Source of the DNA: an uncultured Chloroflexia bacterium
GTDB lineage: Bacteria > Chloroflexota > Limnocylindria > Limnocylindrales > CSP1-4
Assembly (NCBI GenBank): GCA_963841545.1
Contig: CAWJDE010000004.1
Location: 65,474-129,473, forward strand
DNA: 64,000 bases
Direction of reading: 5' to 3'
Part shown: positions 61,738-64,000 of the stretch, piece after piece
Position numbering within the stretch: position 1 is the stretch's first letter
Layout of the letters: each line of letters begins with the position of its first letter
Notes under the pieces: generated by a model
What the model saw: only the letters and a program-made list of their open reading frames with translations
What the model was told of the DNA's origin: nothing
Databases searched by the model: none
Position numbers and translations under genes: made by a program

Positions 61738-63558
61738 TCAGTCGGACGACGGGCCCGACACGATGGGCGCCGCCTCGGCCGCCGCACCGGAGATGTCCAG
61801 CGCGCCCCACGAGGTCAGCGCGGCGAGGATCGCGAGCGCCAGCACCGCGGCCGCCACCAGCTCCGTCTGGTCGCGCCGCATCGCGGCCCCCAGCGCCCGC
61901 CCGAACCCGGCGATGCGCGTGCCCGCCGCCATCATCGGTCCACCCACCGCCGGCGCCCCCACGCGCGACCGCCGGCGCACCCAGGCGCCCGCGGCCGCAG
62001 CCCCGCCGGTCCAGCGCGCGGCGCGCGCGGCGGCGACGTCCGCGCCACCGTCAGGCATGCCACCGTCCGGCACGCCACCGCGCTCGATCCGGTCACCTCG
62101 GTCCGCATCCCCATCCGCCGCGGGACGGGACCGGACGCGCGCCGGGCGCTCCGTGCCACCGGTTCCCGGTTGCCGCCCCTCGTGCTCGACGGGCAGCAGC
62201 GCGGGCCGCCAGCCGCGCACGATCCGCTCCGGCATGGCTCTGCTGACCTTGCTCGTCGCCGGTCCGGTGCCCACCCCAAGCAGCCGCAGGTAGGTCGGCA
62301 GCGTGGCGATGCCGGCGACGACGAGCACGGCATCCCAGGGCGAGCCGGTCGCCAGCCTCACGAGGTCGCCCCGCGCGGCGAAGGCGACCCAGCCGGGCAG
62401 CCCGAACGTCGCAACCGTCACCACGACGAGGGCCATCCCGAGGATCGGCGCCCGGCGGAGCCAGCCGCGGAGATCCGGGATGCTGCGGGTCTCGAAGCGC
62501 GCCTCGACCACGGCCGACCAGGCGAGCATCGCCGTCTTCGATGCCGCCAGCACCACGAGCCAGGTCCGCGCCGGACCCCACGCGGACCGGTCGAGCGAGG
62601 CCAGGCCGAGCAGCACCAGCGCGCCGTCGGCGATCACGAGGTAGCCCACCGCGTGCCGCAGGTCATCCTGCACGAAGGCCGCCAGCGCGGCGGCCGCGAG
62701 CGTGAGCAGGGCGATCCCGACCACGATCCACCGCTCGCCCTCGAGCGCCAGCGGCAGCGGCGCCAGCAGCCGGTCGACGATGGCCAGCGCGACCACCCCC
62801 AGTGGCACCGGGATCCAGGCCAGCGTCAGCGGCAGCACGAGCGCGGGACTCGCGTCCGCGAGGCGCGGCACCCGGAAGTGGAACGGCATGGCGCCGAAGC
62901 GGATCGCGACCGCCAGGACGACGGTCAGCGAGAGGATGCCGACCAGCGCACCGGGCTCCGGGGGCGCCACCGCCCCGGTGTCGGCGGCCGTGAACCCGCG
63001 CAGGACGAGCGCGGCTGCGACCGGTGCCCCGGCCGCGACCGCGATCAGCAGCGCCGGCCCGAGGAGCGACACGCGCAGCTCGCTCGCCGCGGCCTCCACC
63101 GACCCCGGACGCGAGGACAGCAGCAGGGCGACGATCGCGGCGAGCCCGGTCGCCCCCGCCGCCGCGGCCCCCAGCGTGAGATCGGTGGCCGCGAAGGTGA
63201 TCGCGCCCCCCGTGATCGCCGCAAGCGACGCCGGCAGGAGGCCTCGGAGGCCGGCCAGCCCGCTGGTCAGCCAGGCCACGAACACGATGAGGACAGCATC
63301 CAGGCCCCACAGCGCAACGACCAGGCGCAGGTAGCGGGTGGCCGCCAGCCGGTCGCCCAGCACGCCCGTGCCGGCCAGCCCACCGCCGGATGCGCTGCTT
63401 GATCCGTCGACGGACAGCGCGAGGATCACGACGAGCCCGAGCGCCACCACGCCCAGCGCGGCCCCGAGCCGGGCCTTCCGGCCGGACCGCGACAGCCCCC
63501 AGGCCGAGCCCGTCGCCCCGAGCGCGCCGATCGAGAGCAGCGCGAGCAGCGGGGTCAC
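61738..63558 (-). CDS. Polytopic membrane protein resembling proton-pumping NuoN/MnhD-type subunits, with an Ala/Gly-rich C-terminal extension
   Basis: There are about 14 TM helices. The segment 'LRHAVGYLVIADGALVLLGLAS' resembles the conserved antiporter-subunit motif, so the call is tentative. Confidence 0.4.
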   Translation of the reverse strand: MTPLLALLSIGALGATGSAWGLSRSGRKARLGAALGVVALGLVVILALSVDGSSSASGGGLAGTGVLGDRLAATRYLRLVVALWGLDAVLIVFVAWLTSGLAGLRGLLPASLAAITGGAITFAATDLTLGAAAAGATGLAAIVALLLSSRPGSVEAAASELRVSLLGPALLIAVAAGAPVAAALVLRGFTAADTGAVAPPEPGALVGILSLTVVLAVAIRFGAMPFHFRVPRLADASPALVLPLTLAWIPVPLGVVALAIVDRLLAPLPLALEGERWIVVGIALLTLAAAALAAFVQDDLRHAVGYLVIADGALVLLGLASLDRSAWGPARTWLVVLAASKTAMLAWSAVVEARFETRSIPDLRGWLRRAPILGMALVVVTVATFGLPGWVAFAARGDLVRLATGSPWDAVLVVAGIATLPTYLRLLGVGTGPATSKVSRAMPERIVRGWRPALLPVEHEGRQPGTGGTERPARVRSRPAADGDADRGDRIERGGVPDGGMPDGGADVAAARAARWTGGAAAAGAWVRRRSRVGAPAVGGPMMAAGTRIAGFGRALGAAMRRDQTELVAAAVLALAILAALTSWGALDISGAAAEAAPIVSGPSSD

Positions 63559-63995
63559 GAGGCGCCGTCCGGTCGTGCCCGCCGCGGATGGGCCTCATCG
63601 GCGGTCCGATGGCGGATCGCGGCCGCGCGGCCCGCGCCGGGGCGCAGCTGCAGGTCGCCGTGCGCCCGCAACGTGGCGCTCACCAGCGCTGCGACCGATG
63701 CGCCGGCGGTGGCGACCAGGATGGCCATCGCCAGCTCGACCACCGGGTCGGGTGCCGCCGCGAACGCGTGGCGCAGCAGCTCGGCCGCGGCCAACAGGAG
63801 CAGGAGGCCGAGGCCAAGGCGGAGGGCGTCGCGCGCGACGAGGACGGGAGCCGTGGCGAGCGCGATCATGGCTGCCGCGGCGGCGATCGCGGCGCGCGGG
63901 ACCAGCCCGCCGGCGGCGAGCGTCGTGGCCGCACCGGCGCCCGGTCCTTCGCCCGATCCCGCGGCGAGCTCGGTTCCCAGGGCTCCCGCAGCCAT
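63555..63995 (-). CDS. Hydrophobic protein with a GTGA overlap to the downstream gene. Its 5' end may extend beyond the window
   Basis: The sequence is hydrophobic and Ala-rich ('AMIALATAPVLVARDALRLGLGLLLLLAAAELL'), and the window ends 5 bp after the listed Met. Confidence 0.3.
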   Translation of the reverse strand: MAAGALGTELAAGSGEGPGAGAATTLAAGGLVPRAAIAAAAAMIALATAPVLVARDALRLGLGLLLLLAAAELLRHAFAAAPDPVVELAMAILVATAGASVAALVSATLRAHGDLQLRPGAGRAAAIRHRTADEAHPRRARPDGAS

Positions 63996-64000
63996 CCAGC

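Overview
This is a chromosomal segment of about 73% GC, with actinobacterial-type features such as leaderless-looking starts, overlapping stop/start codons and MIRU/VNTR-like tandem repeats. I called about 55 genes from the ORF track by recognising conserved motifs in the translations; I could not run any similarity search.

Genes called, left to right:
- YyaL-like thioredoxin-domain protein (5'-truncated), GNAT acetyltransferase, a NUDIX–metallo-beta-lactamase fusion, tatA, and a fused ADP-forming acyl-CoA synthetase.
- An XRE regulator, then a DNA-repair pair lhr–nei, immediately followed (GTGA overlap) by a GAF/HisKA_3 sensor kinase and a NarL-type response regulator.
- A three-gene operon: an [Fe-S] flavoprotein of the glutamate-synthase small-subunit type plus two paralogous 5-TM membrane proteins.
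- GT39-like and GT87-like membrane glycosyltransferases flanking an MFS transporter.
- A cyanophycin locus: cyanophycinase cphB, full-length synthetase cphA, a convergent CphA paralogue that has the N-terminal and Mur-ligase domains but no ATP-grasp domain, and an M20 peptidase translationally coupled to ridA.
- azlCD, ggt with an MFS transporter, degV, gdhA, and a standalone Pta-N-terminal-like (BioD/DRTGG) protein.
- A GntR-regulated sugar locus: ABC transporter, CE4 deacetylase and BadF-type sugar kinase, divergent from a GH4 6-phospho-glycosidase.
- A compact CoA/pantothenate cluster: coaX–coaBC–panB–panC plus an AI-2E transporter.
- A purine permease, an M16 peptidase coupled to a Pro/Ala/Asp-repeat protein, ndk, and NuoN/MnhD-like membrane proteins.

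Non-genic structure worth noting:
- Many short tandem repeats, both intergenic and in-frame within genes.
- A perfect 33-bp x4 repeat at a gene 3' end, and a 55-bp x3 repeat that contains one gene's stop and the next gene's apparent start.
- An SOS-box-like palindrome upstream of lhr, a perfect 18-bp palindrome upstream of the Fe-S flavoprotein operon, and a TAACGTTA palindrome in the GH4/GntR divergent region.

The two most novel-looking systems are the two-component-system-linked Fe-S flavoprotein plus twin membrane proteins, and the cyanophycin locus with the ATP-grasp-less CphA paralogue. All start codons are inferred from sequence and remain uncertain.
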